Positions 39,203-41,376 of a DNA stretch of 41,376 bases are shown in pieces (the first letter of the stretch is position 1; the number at the start of each line of letters is the position of its first letter). The stretch lies in the sequence record DRR723986_4107; one strand, written 5' to 3'. A program made the translations under genes and the position numbers. Below the pieces are notes generated by a model. That model saw nothing but the letters and a program-made list of their open reading frames with translations. It had not been told where the DNA came from and searched no databases.

Positions 39203-40356
39203 TGTCGGATAAATCTTTCCTCCACTGGCCGTTCTTCGAAGAAAAGCACTGGCGTCTCGCCGAGGAACTGGAGATCTGGGCAGGATCGCATCTGGCTCAT
39301 GTTGACCATTCGGACACGGACGCAGCCTGCCGTCATCTGGTGACAGCGCTCGGCGATGCAGGCTTCCTGCAGCACAGCGGCGCCCCGGACGGCAAGCTGG
39401 ATGTGCGCAGCCTCTGCCTCATTCGCGAAACGCTGGCCCGCCATGACGGCCTGGCGGATTTTGCCTTTGCCATGCAAGGCCTCGGAACCGGTGCAATTTC
39501 CCTGTTCGGAACGGACGAGCAGAAAGCCGAGTGGCTTCCGCAGACGCGCACCGGCAAGGCGATCTCCGCCTTCGCGTTGACCGAACCTCAGTCCGGTTCA
39601 GACGTTGCCAATTCGACCATGACCGCCACCGACGATGGTGATGCCTATGTGCTCGACGGCGAAAAGACCTGGATTTCCAACGGTGGTATCGCCGACGTCT
39701 ACACGCTTTTTGCAAGAACCGGCGAAGCACCCGGCGCAAAGGGTTTGTCGGCCTTCATCGTGACGCCTGACCTTGAAGGTTTCGAGGTTGTCGAACGCCT
39801 GGAAACAATTGCGCCCCATCCGCTTGCCACACTGCGTTTCACCGGCTGCCGCATTCCGAAAAAGAACATGATCGGCATGCCGGGCGGAGGGTTCAGGATT
39901 GCGATGTCTGTCCTGGACATTTTCCGCTCGACCGTCGCCGCCGCCGCCCTGGGCTTTGCCCGCCGGGCGCTGGATGAAGCGCTTTCACGGGTCACGACCC
40001 GCGAAATCCAGGGTTCTCCGCTGTTCGATCTGCAGCTGGTGCAGGGGCATATCGCGGACATGGCGCTGGATGTCGATGCCGCAGCCCTGCTGATCTACCG
40101 TGCCGCCTGGACCAAGGACAGCGGCGCCCCCCGCGTGACGCGAGAAGCCGCCATGGCAAAACTCTTTGCCACCGACCAGGCACAGAAGGTCATCGACAAG
40201 GCCGTGCAGCTTCACGGTGGCGATGGTGTTCGCTCGGGCATGCAGGTCGAAAAGCTCTATCGTGAAATCCGCGCCTTGCGCATCTACGAGGGTGCGTCGG
40301 ACGTTCAGAAGATCATCATCGCGCGCCAGACCCTTGGCGCCTTTCAAGGAGACTGA
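39202..40356 (+). CDS. Acyl-CoA dehydrogenase
   Basis: FALTEPQSGSDV, GEKTWISNG, AVQLHGGDG and RIYEGASDVQ motifs; TGATG coupling at 39202. Confidence 0.93.
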   Translation: MSDKSFLHWPFFEEKHWRLAEELEIWAGSHLAHVDHSDTDAACRHLVTALGDAGFLQHSGAPDGKLDVRSLCLIRETLARHDGLADFAFAMQGLGTGAISLFGTDEQKAEWLPQTRTGKAISAFALTEPQSGSDVANSTMTATDDGDAYVLDGEKTWISNGGIADVYTLFARTGEAPGAKGLSAFIVTPDLEGFEVVERLETIAPHPLATLRFTGCRIPKKNMIGMPGGGFRIAMSVLDIFRSTVAAAALGFARRALDEALSRVTTREIQGSPLFDLQLVQGHIADMALDVDAAALLIYRAAWTKDSGAPRVTREAAMAKLFATDQAQKVIDKAVQLHGGDGVRSGMQVEKLYREIRALRIYEGASDVQKIIIARQTLGAFQGD

Positions 40357-40359
40357 TCC

Positions 40360-41376
40360 ATGCTTGGTCCCTCCGCACACGTCGATACCTTTACCCGGGA
40401 CAACCTGCCGCCGGAAGACAGCTGGCCCGATTTCCTGCTCGATGGGTTTCAGTATCCCGAACGTCTCAATGCAGGCGTTGAGCTTACCGACAGGATGGTG
40501 GAACAGGGACTGGGGGATCACACCGCCCTGATCGGGAATGGCCGCCGCCGAACCTACAAGGAACTTGCGGACTGGACCAACCGGCTGGCGCATGCACTCA
40601 CCGAAGATCTTGGTGTTAAGCCGGGCAATCGGGTGCTTATCCGTTCCGCCAACAACCCGGCAATGGTCGCCTGCTGGCTCGCCGCAACCAAGGCCGGTGC
40701 CGTTGTCGTCAACACGATGCCCATGCTGCGCGCGGGCGAACTTTCCAAGATCGTCGACAAGGCGGAAATCGAGTTCGCACTGTGCGACACGCGTCTCATG
40801 GACGAGATGGTCGCCTGTGCCAAGACATCATCCTTCCTGAAGAAGGTGATCGGCTTCGACGGCACGTCAAACCATGATGCGGAGCTGGACCGGCTCGCGC
40901 TGGAAAAATCCGTGCTCTATGACGCTGTCCCGACCGGACGCGATGACGTCGCCCTGCTGGGCTTCACGTCCGGCTCCACGGGCACGCCCAAGGCCACGAT
41001 GCACTTCCACCGGGATTTGCTGATCATTGCCGACGGCTATGCCAAGGAAGTTCTGGGTGTCACACCGGACGATGTCTTCGTCGGCTCACCACCCTTGGCC
41101 TTCACTTTCGGTCTTGGGGGGCTTGCAATCTTCCCGCTGCGGTTCGGCGCAGCAGCCACGCTACTGGAAAGCGCGACGCCGCCGAACATGATCGAGATCA
41201 TCGAGAAATATAAGGCGACCGTCTGCTTCACCGCACCGACCGCCTATCGCGTGATGCTGCAGGCGATGGAAGAGGGGGCTGACCTTTCTTCGCTGCGCGC
41301 TGCGGTCTCCGCCGGTGAAACTCTGCCGGGTCCCGTTTATGACGCCTGGATGGCCAAGACCGGCAAGCCCATGCTG
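40360..41376 (+). CDS. abmG: 2-aminobenzoate-CoA ligase-like AMP-binding enzyme (3' end outside window)
   Basis: Missing from the ORF track because it has no stop in the window. Reads MLGPSAHVDTFTRDNLPP...FTSGSTGTPKATMHFHRD...GSPPLAFTFGLGG...VSAGETLP; RBS AAGGAG. Confidence 0.85.
   Translation, partial: MLGPSAHVDTFTRDNLPPEDSWPDFLLDGFQYPERLNAGVELTDRMVEQGLGDHTALIGNGRRRTYKELADWTNRLAHALTEDLGVKPGNRVLIRSANNPAMVACWLAATKAGAVVVNTMPMLRAGELSKIVDKAEIEFALCDTRLMDEMVACAKTSSFLKKVIGFDGTSNHDAELDRLALEKSVLYDAVPTGRDDVALLGFTSGSTGTPKATMHFHRDLLIIADGYAKEVLGVTPDDVFVGSPPLAFTFGLGGLAIFPLRFGAAATLLESATPPNMIEIIEKYKATVCFTAPTAYRVMLQAMEEGADLSSLRAAVSAGETLPGPVYDAWMAKTGKPML

Overview
High-GC, gene-dense alphaproteobacterial chromosomal segment. 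A Roseibium/Labrenzia- or Rhizobiales/Rhodobacterales-like origin is inferred only from gene content and intergenic palindromes. It holds back-to-back catabolic modules. (1) The 3' end of a transketolase/PDH-E1-like gene. (2) A GntR-controlled oxidative L-fucose/D-arabinose/L-galactose-type sugar cluster: FucU, AKR, UxaA-type dehydratase, SDR, ABC transporter and FAH hydrolase. (3) A MocR/GabR-controlled omega-amine module: Sdh/YdfG-like SDR, class-III aminotransferase and Pot-like ABC transporter, with the same direct-repeat operator visible in both promoters. (4) A PAS-LuxR regulator divergent from an M20 deacylase, Dpp-type ABC transporter, ALDH, SDR and GFA operon of unknown substrate. (5) A ribose operon rbsBACDKR. 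(6) The start of an aerobic 2-aminobenzoyl-CoA (abm-type) degradation operon with an internal MarR. No mobile elements, CRISPR, tRNA or rRNA were seen. The best candidates for undescribed biology are modules 3 and 4, the extended PotC-like permease, and several operator and REP-like elements that can be read directly from the DNA. Family calls rest on motif recognition only; no database search was run.
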